Below, one piece after another: positions 8,693-17,705 of a DNA stretch of 64,000 nucleotides. The stretch lies in the NCBI GenBank assembly GCA_036489655.1, contig DASXFH010000040.1:2806-66805 (forward strand). Reading direction: 5' to 3'. Within the stretch, counting starts at the first letter, position 1; every line of letters starts with the position of its first letter. Source of the DNA: Acidobacteriaceae bacterium. GTDB taxonomy: Bacteria > Acidobacteriota > Terriglobia > Terriglobales > Acidobacteriaceae. The notes under the pieces are model-generated. The model had not been told where the DNA came from. It worked only from the letters and a program-made list of their open reading frames with translations, and ran no database searches. The position numbers and the translations under genes are program-made.

Positions 8693-9610
8693 TTGGCAGA
8701 ATCATCGCATCTGGAAAACACAATTTCCTCCCCGATCGAATTCTCAGGCATTGGCCTTCACAGCGGCGCGCCGGTTCGCATGCGCCTGCTCCCCGCTCCT
8801 GCCGGTTCCGGCGTAGTCTTTCGTCGCACCGATCTCGACGGATTCGAAATCGCCGCCATCGGCCGCAACGTGGCCAAGGTCAGTTACGCCACCAGTCTCA
8901 TGCGCCAGGGCGTTCTCATCTCCACCACAGAACATCTCCTCTCCGCTCTTCTCGGCATGGGCATCGACAACGTCATCGTCGAACTCGATAACCTTGAGCT
9001 TCCCATTCTCGACGGCAGCTCGTTGCCCTACATTCAGGCCTTTCGCGAGGTCGGCCTGAAAAGCCAGCGCCGCCGCCGCGAATATCTCCGCATTCTCAAG
9101 AGCGTCGAAGTGCGCGACGGCGATAAGTTCATCGGAGTCTACCCCGGCGACGGCTACTCCGTCTCCTATCAGATTGATTTTCCGCCCCCCATCGGACAGC
9201 AGGGCTATGTCGTTGATCTGGCCACCGGCGCCTACGAACGCCAGATCGCCCCGGCTCGCACCTTTGGTTGGCGTGAGGATGAACAGAAACTTCGCGACAT
9301 GGGATTGATCCGGGGAGCCTCAGAGGAGAGTGTGATCGTTCTCTCTCGCCAGCGCGTCCTCAACGGCTCGCTGCGCTTCCGCGACGAGTTCGCCCGCCAC
9401 AAGGTGCTTGACCTCATCGGAGACCTCGCCCTTGCCGGACACCACATCCTCGGCCACGTCGTCGCCGAACGCGCCGGCCATGCAATGCACACCGCGCTGG
9501 TCTCTCGCCTGCTGCGCGACCGTTCCGCCTGGAAGCTGGTCACCCTCGGCGCAGAGAAACAGAAGTCCAAAGGGGCGCCCGTACGCACCCCCAGCCTCGT
9601 CACTGCCTGA
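8693..9610 (+). CDS. lpxC: UDP-3-O-acyl-N-acetylglucosamine deacetylase
   Basis: Motifs IEFSGIGLHSG, STTEHLLSALLGMGIDN, ARTFGW and HKVLDLIGDLALAG. The likely start is TTG 8693, with GAGG 7 nt upstream. The ORF-track start at 8585 would add an implausible Cys/Trp-rich leader. Confidence 0.85.
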   Translation: MAESSHLENTISSPIEFSGIGLHSGAPVRMRLLPAPAGSGVVFRRTDLDGFEIAAIGRNVAKVSYATSLMRQGVLISTTEHLLSALLGMGIDNVIVELDNLELPILDGSSLPYIQAFREVGLKSQRRRREYLRILKSVEVRDGDKFIGVYPGDGYSVSYQIDFPPPIGQQGYVVDLATGAYERQIAPARTFGWREDEQKLRDMGLIRGASEESVIVLSRQRVLNGSLRFRDEFARHKVLDLIGDLALAGHHILGHVVAERAGHAMHTALVSRLLRDRSAWKLVTLGAEKQKSKGAPVRTPSLVTA

Positions 9611-9665
9611 GAGGAACGAAAGCCTGACCGCTGCGTCCAACGGTCAGATCTGCTGCTGGACTCCG

Positions 9666-10508
9666 ATGCTCCACCGACACCGTTCGCTCTCTTTGATCTG
9701 GATCGTCGTGGCTCTGCTGTCTTCCGCAGCTGCACTCGCGCAGGCAGCGCCACCCGTGCCGTTATCCACTTCAGGAACCGCGTCGGCAGACCCAGGCGAG
9801 CAGTCCGCCTCCCCGCAGGAGTCGTCCTCCCTGCTGGTCACGCAGTCTTCGCCGACACCGCAGGTCCATGCCCCTGCGAACGGCCCTGTCACCGTCCTAG
9901 AGAACACCATCATCCGGGTCATCACCGATACCCCGATGAGCAGCAGGATGACGCATGCCGGCGCACGGCTGCGATTCACGGTCAGCGAAGACGTTGTTGT
10001 CGACCACGTACGGGTCATCCCCCGTGGCGCCACGGTTTATGGAACCGCTGTCCAGGCGAAAGGATCCGGTGCCCTTGCCGGCAGCCCCGAGCTGACCCTC
10101 AGGCTCACCTCCCTTGAACTCGGCGGCAAAACCTATCCGCTCTATACCTATCTGTTCCGCGTGCAGGGTATGAGCAAAACCGGGCCCACGGAAACCAAAA
10201 TCAAAGGCGGGGCCGTCATCGGAGCCATCGTCGGTGGCGCGTTCAGCGGCAGCGCCAAAGGCGGCAGCACGGCCGTCGGTCGTGCAGCCGGAATGGGCAC
10301 GGGCGCGGCCCTCGGCGCGGGCATCGGCACCGCGGTGGCCGCCGCAACACCCGGTCCCCTTCTGTCCATCCCCGCCGAATCGCAGATCGATTTTTCTCTG
10401 GCTTTTCCGATCGCGGTGCAGCCTGTCAGCGCCAAAGAGGCCGCGCGGCTGGGTCAGGGGCTCTCTCATGGCGGTCCTGTCCTGTACGTCCGCGGCGACA
10501 CGCCCTGA
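9666..10508 (+). CDS. Secreted hypothetical protein with C-terminal glycine-zipper segment
   Basis: Signal peptide (MLHRHRSLSLIWIVVALLSSAAALAQA), a Ser/Pro-rich linker, and a Gly-zipper (GGAVIGAIVGGAFSGSAKGG...GMGTGAALGAGIGTAVAAA). No family recognised. Confidence 0.5.
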   Translation: MLHRHRSLSLIWIVVALLSSAAALAQAAPPVPLSTSGTASADPGEQSASPQESSSLLVTQSSPTPQVHAPANGPVTVLENTIIRVITDTPMSSRMTHAGARLRFTVSEDVVVDHVRVIPRGATVYGTAVQAKGSGALAGSPELTLRLTSLELGGKTYPLYTYLFRVQGMSKTGPTETKIKGGAVIGAIVGGAFSGSAKGGSTAVGRAAGMGTGAALGAGIGTAVAAATPGPLLSIPAESQIDFSLAFPIAVQPVSAKEAARLGQGLSHGGPVLYVRGDTP

Positions 10509-10514
10509 TTGATC

Positions 10515-12506
10515 TCACCGCACCGGCTCACCCGTATCCCGGAATCGAACCCCCGCCAGCGTCTCCCCTGACGCCAGCACCGCGCGCAATTTCTCCGGGT
10601 TCTTTCCGCTCGTTTGCGCTGCGGAGACTAACAGCCGCACCGCTTCCGCCGGCCCCGCACTCGCCGGCAGCCGAAAGATCCACGGCACATTCGTCGAAGT
10701 CAGCGTGCGATCATCGGCCAGAGCGACCACCGGTACAAACGTCTTGAGCGCGAGTTGCTCGGCCAGATGCGCGCAGTCCCGATCGAGTGCCACCACAGCC
10801 AGCGGATGCTCGTCTTGCAGTGCATGCACCAGCTGGGTTGCCGCCATGCCCCAGTTCTGGCTGCTGTCCACCGGGATGACACGCCACGCCTCCGATCCCA
10901 GAGCGCTGCGGACCTCCGCCGAGCTCGCCACCGCGGCCGCATGCGGCCCGAACAACACAACGGCCGCCCTGCCCGCCGGAAGATCCTTCTGGTGCGGCCC
11001 CAGATAGCCCACTCCATCCTCACCCACGCGCGCGTAAGGCGATTTTGAATCGGACGAGCCGCCGCCACTTGCCGGTTCCCCCGCTCCTCCGGACCCATTC
11101 GATGCCGCAGGAGCCGGCCGCTCTGCCTCCATCGTCGCCGGCCGATACGTGATCGTCCCATCGTGCACCCTGCCCAGAAACATCGCGCTCACATTCTTAT
11201 TGTTGGGATCGAACACCATCGGCCCCGTCACGCCGTCATATTGGTAGACCTGATCCAGAGCATCCTGAATCCGCGCGCGGTTCAGCCCCGCTTTGCAAAT
11301 GGACTCCAGCAGTACATTCATCGCGTCAAACGCCAGCGCCGCAAACGCTTCCGGCTTCTCGCCATACTTCGACGCATAACGCTGCTGAAACGCCGTCCAC
11401 TTCGGATCCGTTCGCGCCGGATCGTACGGGTACACCGCCTCAAATCCCTCGGCAGCCGGGCCTGCCTTCGCCAGCAGTTCATCCCCCAACGTTCGATAGC
11501 TGCCGAAGACCCGCTGGTGCATCCCCAGCTCGCGCATCTCTTTCAGAATCTCCGCGGTTTCATCCTCGTTCGACCAGAGCACGATCGCGTCCACGCGCGA
11601 ATCGCGAATGATGCGTAGCGAGCGCCGAAAATCCGTTTCTCCGGGCAGATACTTCTGCTCGATCACCACCGGATGCCCCAGCCGCCTCGCCGCATCGCGA
11701 AACTTTCCCACCCCCATGCGCCCATAGCGGTTGTTCACCCGCAGCAGCGCCACCCGTTTCAGCCGCAGATCCGTAAAGATGTGCCGCCCCAGCGTGAAGC
11801 TCTGGACGCGATCGTCCTGCAGATCCGTGAAATACCAGGGAATGTACGTCTCAGGAATCGTTGGATCCGTCGAGGCCGAATTCACGATCGGAATCTCGGC
11901 CTTCAGCGCCACGCGCAGAATGATGTGCGTGCTCTCCGAACTCATCGATCCGAAGATTGCCCAGTCCTGTTCGTCGTAAATCATCTTCACGGCAGCATCC
12001 GACGTTGAGCCCCAGATCTTCGAATCCGTCGGTCGATCCCCGTACTCCGAACCGCGCTGCCAGTTGTTGTAGTCATCGTGGATCATCAGCCGAAAAGGCT
12101 TGCCACCATACCCGCCGCGGGCATTCGCTTCCTCCATCGCCATCTGCGCGCCGTGCAGCATCCGCAGCCCGTAGACCTGGTCCGCCTGCTTCTCCACCGG
12201 CCCCAAAAACCCAATCCGCACCTCGCTGACGTCCTTCGGATCAGGAATATCCCGGCCCGATCCCACATAAATGTTGGGTGTCAGGTAATGCTCGTAGTAC
12301 GGCTTCGCAAACCTGCCGTAGGGCTGCAGATCTTTCGGCTCGCCGGCATACGGCGTGACGGTACGATCCGGCGGCGGCCCCGGCGGATGCGCCCCGCACG
12401 CGCACCCGGGCGACGATGCCCCTGGACCTGTCTGCGCTGCGATTCCGGCCGACACCCACAACGCCAGCAGCACCGCCCCCGAAAGTCGCCCCCAGCGCCG
12501 CGCCAT
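10515..12506 (-). CDS. Periplasmic type-1 solute-binding protein (Leu/Ile/Val-binding-like) with an extra degenerate C-terminal binding-protein-like region
   Basis: Sec signal (MARRWGRLSGAVLLALWVSAGIAAQ). LivK-like core (RIGFLGPVEKQ...YGLRMLHGAQMAMEEANARGGYGGKPF). A Gly/Ser linker is followed by a second partial domain. There are no permease or ATPase genes nearby. Confidence 0.65.
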   Translation of the reverse strand: MARRWGRLSGAVLLALWVSAGIAAQTGPGASSPGCACGAHPPGPPPDRTVTPYAGEPKDLQPYGRFAKPYYEHYLTPNIYVGSGRDIPDPKDVSEVRIGFLGPVEKQADQVYGLRMLHGAQMAMEEANARGGYGGKPFRLMIHDDYNNWQRGSEYGDRPTDSKIWGSTSDAAVKMIYDEQDWAIFGSMSSESTHIILRVALKAEIPIVNSASTDPTIPETYIPWYFTDLQDDRVQSFTLGRHIFTDLRLKRVALLRVNNRYGRMGVGKFRDAARRLGHPVVIEQKYLPGETDFRRSLRIIRDSRVDAIVLWSNEDETAEILKEMRELGMHQRVFGSYRTLGDELLAKAGPAAEGFEAVYPYDPARTDPKWTAFQQRYASKYGEKPEAFAALAFDAMNVLLESICKAGLNRARIQDALDQVYQYDGVTGPMVFDPNNKNVSAMFLGRVHDGTITYRPATMEAERPAPAASNGSGGAGEPASGGGSSDSKSPYARVGEDGVGYLGPHQKDLPAGRAAVVLFGPHAAAVASSAEVRSALGSEAWRVIPVDSSQNWGMAATQLVHALQDEHPLAVVALDRDCAHLAEQLALKTFVPVVALADDRTLTSTNVPWIFRLPASAGPAEAVRLLVSAAQTSGKNPEKLRAVLASGETLAGVRFRDTGEPVR

Positions 12507-12511
12507 CGCCG

Positions 12512-13000
12512 CTACCCCTTCGCCGCCGTCCGGAACATCGCGATCGCTTCAATCTCCACCAGCAGCTCCGGCCGGCACAGCTTCGCCTGGATCCCCGTCG
12601 ACGCCGGCAGCGGATCCAGCCCCTGTTCCGTGAAGAACGCCGTCCGCTCCTCGTTGAACGCCTCGTAGTCGCGATCGATGTCCCGCAGATAGCAGCTCGT
12701 CCGCACGATGTCCTTCCACGTCGCCCCTTCGCTCGCCAGCAGCCCGGTCAGGTTCGCGAAGGTCCGCCGGCACTGCGCGCGGAAGTCGCCGATGTGCACG
12801 CTCCTGCCCCCCTCATCGATGCTGGCCGTTCCAGAAATCAGCAGAATCGTCATCCCGTTCAGATCGATCCGCATGCCCCGCGAAAACGAGCTCGGCTTTG
12901 CGTACGCATAGGCCTCGTTCAGCACGCCATGATTCGTCATCGCCCGCTTCTGAATCGACGCATGCCCCAGCCCCGCCAATAACTCCGCTACTGCGCTCAT
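12512..13000 (-). CDS. RidA/YjgF/TdcF-superfamily protein (non-canonical; RidA arginine position not conserved)
   Basis: Motifs LLISGTASID, WKDIVRTSCYLRDIDRDYEAFNEE and PELLVEIEAIA. The segment aligned to RidA PAR(S/T) reads PAST. Confidence 0.7.
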   Translation of the reverse strand: MSAVAELLAGLGHASIQKRAMTNHGVLNEAYAYAKPSSFSRGMRIDLNGMTILLISGTASIDEGGRSVHIGDFRAQCRRTFANLTGLLASEGATWKDIVRTSCYLRDIDRDYEAFNEERTAFFTEQGLDPLPASTGIQAKLCRPELLVEIEAIAMFRTAAKG

Positions 13001-13011
13001 AAAAACGCCTC

Positions 13012-14124
13012 CTAATAAGGTTGATCAATTCCGTGGCTCAATCCCTCAGCCGTGGCCACCCAGATATCCCGCCCCTGGAAATCGATACCCAGCACATAGT
13101 TGTGCGCCGGCGCCGTCGTCACCGGAATCTCCGTGACCCTCCCCGCCGCATCGCGCACCGTCATCTCAGGCTTGTGCGTGTCCAGCGCCGGCCGATACAC
13201 CGCCCAGTTCGTGCCGTCGTAATACGCCAGCCCCTTGTCTGTGCCGAACCACGCCCGATTGCGATCCACCCCCTTCACCACGTTGGTGAAGTTGCTCGGC
13301 AGCCCGCTGTCTTTGGTCAGAAAGTTATGCCAGTAGCGGCCGTCGTACCGGCTGTCGCCGAAGTAGGTCGCCACCCACACCATCCCATCCACATAACTCA
13401 CCGATGTGGTGATCTCGTGGATCAGTCCCTGATCCTTCAGCAGCACAATTTCCGTCTCGCCATCGGGGTCGGCGTACATATCCCACGCGCCCGTCTTCTG
13501 CGTGTACTCGAGCAATCCGCTGCCCCATACCGCGTAGTACACCTTGTCCGGTTGCGCCGAGACGCCATAGGCCCAGATCTCAATCATCGGCGTGTTGCGC
13601 TCGTTATAGAGCGACCATTCCCCGGTCCGCGTGTTCAGCCGGCAAGCCCCCGCCGCCGTCGCCACCCACACGTTGTCACCTTCCACCGATACGCCGTACA
13701 CCACGTCATTGCTCAGTCCCGAATTCAGCTGCGTGAACGTGTCGATCCGGCCAGCGGATATGCGGCTGAGCCCCCCCATCGTCCCGGCCCACACCGCGCC
13801 GGTCCGTTTGTCCAGCGCCAGCGACAGCACCGCGCGATGCGCCAGCCCATCCTCGGTCGTGTATGTCTTCCACTGCCCGTTTTCGTACTCGGCCAGACCG
13901 TTATTGGTCCCCGCCCAGATTCGCTCGCCATCGACAAGAACTGAAAACACGTGATTGTCCGGCAGCCCGTTCGCCGTCGTGAAGTTTTCCCAGCGAAAGC
14001 GCGGCATCTTCGGCGCCGTCTCGCTCTGCGCGAGCGCGTGTACGCCGCGCGCATGGGTCATCTGTCCGGTCGCAGGACCAGCCGTCGCCGCCACAAGAAT
14101 TGCCAGAATCGCCGCCGTTTTCAT
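13012..14124 (-). CDS. Exported beta-propeller protein with two-component-regulator-propeller (Reg_prop)-type repeats
   Basis: Signal peptide (MKTAAILAILVAATAGPATG). Repeated motifs of the type NGLPDNHVFSV...IWAGTNNGL, EDGLAHRAVLSL...VWAGTMGGL, NSGLSNDVVYGV...VWVATAAG. The ATG overlaps the upstream stop (ATGA). Confidence 0.65.
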   Translation of the reverse strand: MKTAAILAILVAATAGPATGQMTHARGVHALAQSETAPKMPRFRWENFTTANGLPDNHVFSVLVDGERIWAGTNNGLAEYENGQWKTYTTEDGLAHRAVLSLALDKRTGAVWAGTMGGLSRISAGRIDTFTQLNSGLSNDVVYGVSVEGDNVWVATAAGACRLNTRTGEWSLYNERNTPMIEIWAYGVSAQPDKVYYAVWGSGLLEYTQKTGAWDMYADPDGETEIVLLKDQGLIHEITTSVSYVDGMVWVATYFGDSRYDGRYWHNFLTKDSGLPSNFTNVVKGVDRNRAWFGTDKGLAYYDGTNWAVYRPALDTHKPEMTVRDAAGRVTEIPVTTAPAHNYVLGIDFQGRDIWVATAEGLSHGIDQPY

Positions 14125-16022
14125 CGCGTCCTCAGATACTCAATCAGGTCGTTCAGCTCGTCCTTGGTCAGATCGTTCGTGCGCCCGTGCCGATCGTGCG
14201 GGTTGTACACCGTCCAGATCTCCTCCAGCGTCGCCGCCGACCCATCGTGCAGATACGGCGCGGTCAGCGCGATACTCCGCAACTGCGGCGTGTCGAGCAT
14301 CCCGCCGTTGTCCGTCGCCTTCCCTGTCCCCACATCGAACGACTTCTGGCTCGTTCCCTTCGGCCCGCTGTGACAGGTCCCGCACAGGTTCGCCTCGGCA
14401 ATCGGCTGCCCCAGCTTGTCCACCGAGCGGTAGAAGATTGCCTGGCCCCGCTCCTGCGCCGCCGTCAGCGCCCCATTCGCTGCCAGCCACCGGTTCGGCC
14501 GCGATGGCAGCGAGCGGATGTACAGCGCCAGGTCCGTCAGCCGCAGATCGTCGTAGTTCTCCGTCCGCCAGAAATACATCTCCGTCCGGATGCCGCACTC
14601 CACGGCAATCGAAGGATTTTTTCCGTTCCATTTAAACGGCTCGGTCCCCCGCAGGTCCTCGATCAGCCGGTTATCGACAATGTCCTTGCCCAGCCCGTCC
14701 GGCTCCAGGTCCCACGTGAGTCCATCGAACGTCGAGTCGATATGGCAGTTCGAGCAGCCAAACTGCCCCTGAAAAGCATGCGAAGAATAGAAAATCTGCT
14801 CCCCCCGCCGCAGTGCGCTCACCCTGGCCGGCCCCGCCAAGCGCAGCGTCCGCACCACCCGCAGTGACTGGGTATCGATCACGCTGATCGAATCGTCCAG
14901 GCGATTCGCCACATACAGCCGTTTCCCATCCCGGCTCAACACCTCTCCCCGCGGATTCTTTCCCACCGGAATCCGCGCCGCCACATAGTGCGCGCTTGCC
15001 GACAGATCCTCTGCGAACGACTCCCGATGCGTGCGAATGAACGTCAGCATCCGCTCTGTATCGATCACCGTTACACAATCGGACCCGGCGTTCGTCACAA
15101 AGATGCGCGACTTGTCCGGGGCAATAGCGACTCCGAACGGCATCGCAAAATAGCGGTCGAGCTCATCGAGCGGAACCTCGACCGGCCGGCCCACATCCGC
15201 CCCGAAAACCGTCAGCGTATCCACAAAGCCCCACCCGTGCTCCACATGGGCCAGCGGCACCAGATTCTTCGGGTGCAGTTCCGCCGCCACGCCCAGCCGC
15301 CCATCCGGCGATAACGCGAGATGAAAGACTCCCGCAATCGCGGGCAGCGCCAGCCGATCCACCACCTGCGCCTTCCTGGGATCGATCACCGTAATTTCCG
15401 ACTTTGGCGGACTTCGGTACGGCCCGGCATTTGGATACACGTGCGTCGCATAAATCCGCCCGCCATCGCCAGCCACCGTCAGATAGCTCGCGCCTCGGCC
15501 CGCCTCCAGCGTCGCCTGCACCGCGCCGGTCTTTGCATCCAGGACCGTGATGTCGTCTCCGATTCGATCCGCAACATACACGAACCTGCCCGCGCGGTCC
15601 TCCACCACGCTCGACGGCTCATACCCCGCCCCCCAGGTCGCCAGCACGCGCCCGTCTCGCGCGTCCGCCACCGTCACCGTGTCATCCCAGGAATTCGCCA
15701 CCAGCAACCGCGCGCCGTCCCGCGAAAAGGAAAAACCCCGCGGCACATGCCCCACAGGAATCGTCCGCAGCACCCGCCCGCTCGCCGCGTTCAGGACGCG
15801 CACTTCGTCCGCCCCCTGGCACAACACGTACAACTCCTGCCCATCCGGCGACAGCAACAACTCCAGCGGCGAAGCATAGCGCTCCTCGGGCGTCGGGTCC
15901 GGCTGCGCCGCCACGGTCGCGCTCGTCTGCCGCAAAGCCGCAACCCAGAAGCCAACCGCGCACACCAGCGCCAACTCCCCCAGCCTCCGGGAAGCCGTTG
16001 CGGATCGCGTGCCGAACCTCAC
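14121..16022 (-). CDS. YVTN-type beta-propeller fused to a di-haem cytochrome c peroxidase / MauG-like domain
   Basis: Two CxxCH sites (CSNCH, CGTCH) lie in the C-terminal ~300 aa, with YLHDGS typical of the CCP/MauG family. The N-terminal half has propeller repeats (LYVLCQGADEVRVLN, VYVADRIGDDITVLD, IFVTNAGSDCVTVID, LYVANRLDDSISVID). The GTG start overlaps the upstream stop. Confidence 0.75.
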   Translation of the reverse strand: MRFGTRSATASRRLGELALVCAVGFWVAALRQTSATVAAQPDPTPEERYASPLELLLSPDGQELYVLCQGADEVRVLNAASGRVLRTIPVGHVPRGFSFSRDGARLLVANSWDDTVTVADARDGRVLATWGAGYEPSSVVEDRAGRFVYVADRIGDDITVLDAKTGAVQATLEAGRGASYLTVAGDGGRIYATHVYPNAGPYRSPPKSEITVIDPRKAQVVDRLALPAIAGVFHLALSPDGRLGVAAELHPKNLVPLAHVEHGWGFVDTLTVFGADVGRPVEVPLDELDRYFAMPFGVAIAPDKSRIFVTNAGSDCVTVIDTERMLTFIRTHRESFAEDLSASAHYVAARIPVGKNPRGEVLSRDGKRLYVANRLDDSISVIDTQSLRVVRTLRLAGPARVSALRRGEQIFYSSHAFQGQFGCSNCHIDSTFDGLTWDLEPDGLGKDIVDNRLIEDLRGTEPFKWNGKNPSIAVECGIRTEMYFWRTENYDDLRLTDLALYIRSLPSRPNRWLAANGALTAAQERGQAIFYRSVDKLGQPIAEANLCGTCHSGPKGTSQKSFDVGTGKATDNGGMLDTPQLRSIALTAPYLHDGSAATLEEIWTVYNPHDRHGRTNDLTKDELNDLIEYLRTR

Positions 16023-17704
16023 CGTGGCTCCTCCACCGTCAGCACGCGGTCCACGCCCACGTTTTCCAGCGTCTGCACCTTCCCGCTCGGCCAGTGCACA
16101 ACAATCCTGTCCACCTTCGCTACCGCACCCAGTCCGAAGTGCATCCGCCCGTCATCCTGCGACAGATAACCGGATGAAGCCACCCGTTCCGCCACGTGCT
16201 CGCGACCCCCGCTCCACACCTCCACGCGCGCGCCAATCCCGTCGCGATTGCTCCCGCTCCTGTTGTCCGAACGCCGCGCTCCTCGAAGGCTGATCGCAAT
16301 CCAGTGCCCGGTGCTCGGCGACATGTTGTGCAGCAGCGTATCGTTCGCGCCCAGATTCACCAGGAACGCGTCCACCCTGCCGTCGTTGTCGTAATCCGCA
16401 AAACACGCTCCGCGGGCCACCGTCCGCCGGTTTACCGGCTGCCCGGCCGTCTCTGACACATCCTCGAACTTCCCCTGCCCCAGCCCGCGAAAGACCGAAT
16501 GCTCCATCGGGATCAGGTGAATCAGTCCTCCGTGGAACGCCAGGATGTCGAGCCAGCCGTCGTTATCGAAGTCGTAGACCCCCGTCCCCCAGCTCACATA
16601 TTGTGCGTTCGCCTGTGACAGACCGGAGAGAATCCCGATATCGTCAAATGCCCCTTTCCCGTTGTTCTTCATCAGCCGGTTGTAGTGCCCGTCGCTCACC
16701 CACAGATCGAGCAGCCCGCTGCCGGTGATATCCGCAAACACCGGCCCCATCGATGAAGTCGCCTCGCCATCCTGCCCATAGGCCACGCCCGCGTCCGTGG
16801 CGACCTCCTCAAAAGTCCCATCGTGCTTGTTGCGGAAGAGAAAGTTCTCCGTCTTGTCGTTGGCCACATAGATGTCCGGCCATCCGTCGCCGTCGAAATC
16901 CGCCGCCGTCACGCCCATCGTTCTGCCGATGGCCGCGGCGATCCCCGACTTCTCCGAAACATCCGTAAACGTCTCGTCGCAGTTGTTGTGGAAGAGCCTG
17001 TTCGTCTCTCCCTCGTAATCCAGCGGCCCCGGATAGTTATCCGCGGCGTAATAGTTCCGGTACTTCGGATCGAACTTCACATACCGCCCGACAAACAAAT
17101 CCACGCAGCCGTCTTTGTCGTAGTCGAGCCACGTCGAGCTGATCGCCCATCCATCCACATTGATCCCGGCCTTCGCCGTCACATCGGTGAACGTGCCGTT
17201 GCCGTTGTTGTGGTAGAGGATCACCCGCCCGTACCCGGTCACCAGCAGATCTTCGTAGCCGTCGTTGTCGTAGTCCGCCGCGGTCACCGCCACCGAATAC
17301 AGATCCGGATTCAGCCCCGCCTTCTCCGTCACATCGGTAAAGGTCCCGTCACCGTTATTGCGATAGAGATGGTTCTGCGGCGGCGGATCGGGCGCCGTCG
17401 TCAGAGGGTGCGGCGTCATACCCGGCGGCAAGGTTCGTCCGCTCAGCACGTAAAGATCCGGTAGCCCGTCGTTGTTGTAGTCGAACCACACGCAGCCCGC
17501 GCCCGTTCCTTCCAGCAGCGATCCCAGCTGCGCCGAACCAAAGCTGTCCGTCGCATCGAGGCCCGCCTTCGCCGTCGCATCCTCAAACCGAATCGGTGCC
17601 GCGCTGCCCGTTTTCGCGCTCTTTGCCGCCGGCGGCGTGTTCGGCGTCGCCTGCCCCACGGCCGCAGAGGCCATCCCGAGAATCAGCAACAGCGACAGTT
17701 TCAT
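16019..17704 (-). CDS. FG-GAP/VCBS-repeat protein with C-terminal ASPIC/UnbV domain (CRTAC1 family)
   Basis: Signal peptide MKLSLLLILGMASAAVGQA. Six Ca-binding-type repeats (DYNNDGLPDLYV, DYDNDGYEDLLV, DYDKDGCVDLFV, DFDGDGWPDIYV, DFDNDGWLDILA, DYDNDGRVDAFL). UnbV-like tail (GARVEVWSGG...GYLSQDDGRMHFGLG). Confidence 0.8.
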   Translation of the reverse strand: MKLSLLLILGMASAAVGQATPNTPPAAKSAKTGSAAPIRFEDATAKAGLDATDSFGSAQLGSLLEGTGAGCVWFDYNNDGLPDLYVLSGRTLPPGMTPHPLTTAPDPPPQNHLYRNNGDGTFTDVTEKAGLNPDLYSVAVTAADYDNDGYEDLLVTGYGRVILYHNNGNGTFTDVTAKAGINVDGWAISSTWLDYDKDGCVDLFVGRYVKFDPKYRNYYAADNYPGPLDYEGETNRLFHNNCDETFTDVSEKSGIAAAIGRTMGVTAADFDGDGWPDIYVANDKTENFLFRNKHDGTFEEVATDAGVAYGQDGEATSSMGPVFADITGSGLLDLWVSDGHYNRLMKNNGKGAFDDIGILSGLSQANAQYVSWGTGVYDFDNDGWLDILAFHGGLIHLIPMEHSVFRGLGQGKFEDVSETAGQPVNRRTVARGACFADYDNDGRVDAFLVNLGANDTLLHNMSPSTGHWIAISLRGARRSDNRSGSNRDGIGARVEVWSGGREHVAERVASSGYLSQDDGRMHFGLGAVAKVDRIVVHWPSGKVQTLENVGVDRVLTVEEPR

Positions 17705-17705
17705 T

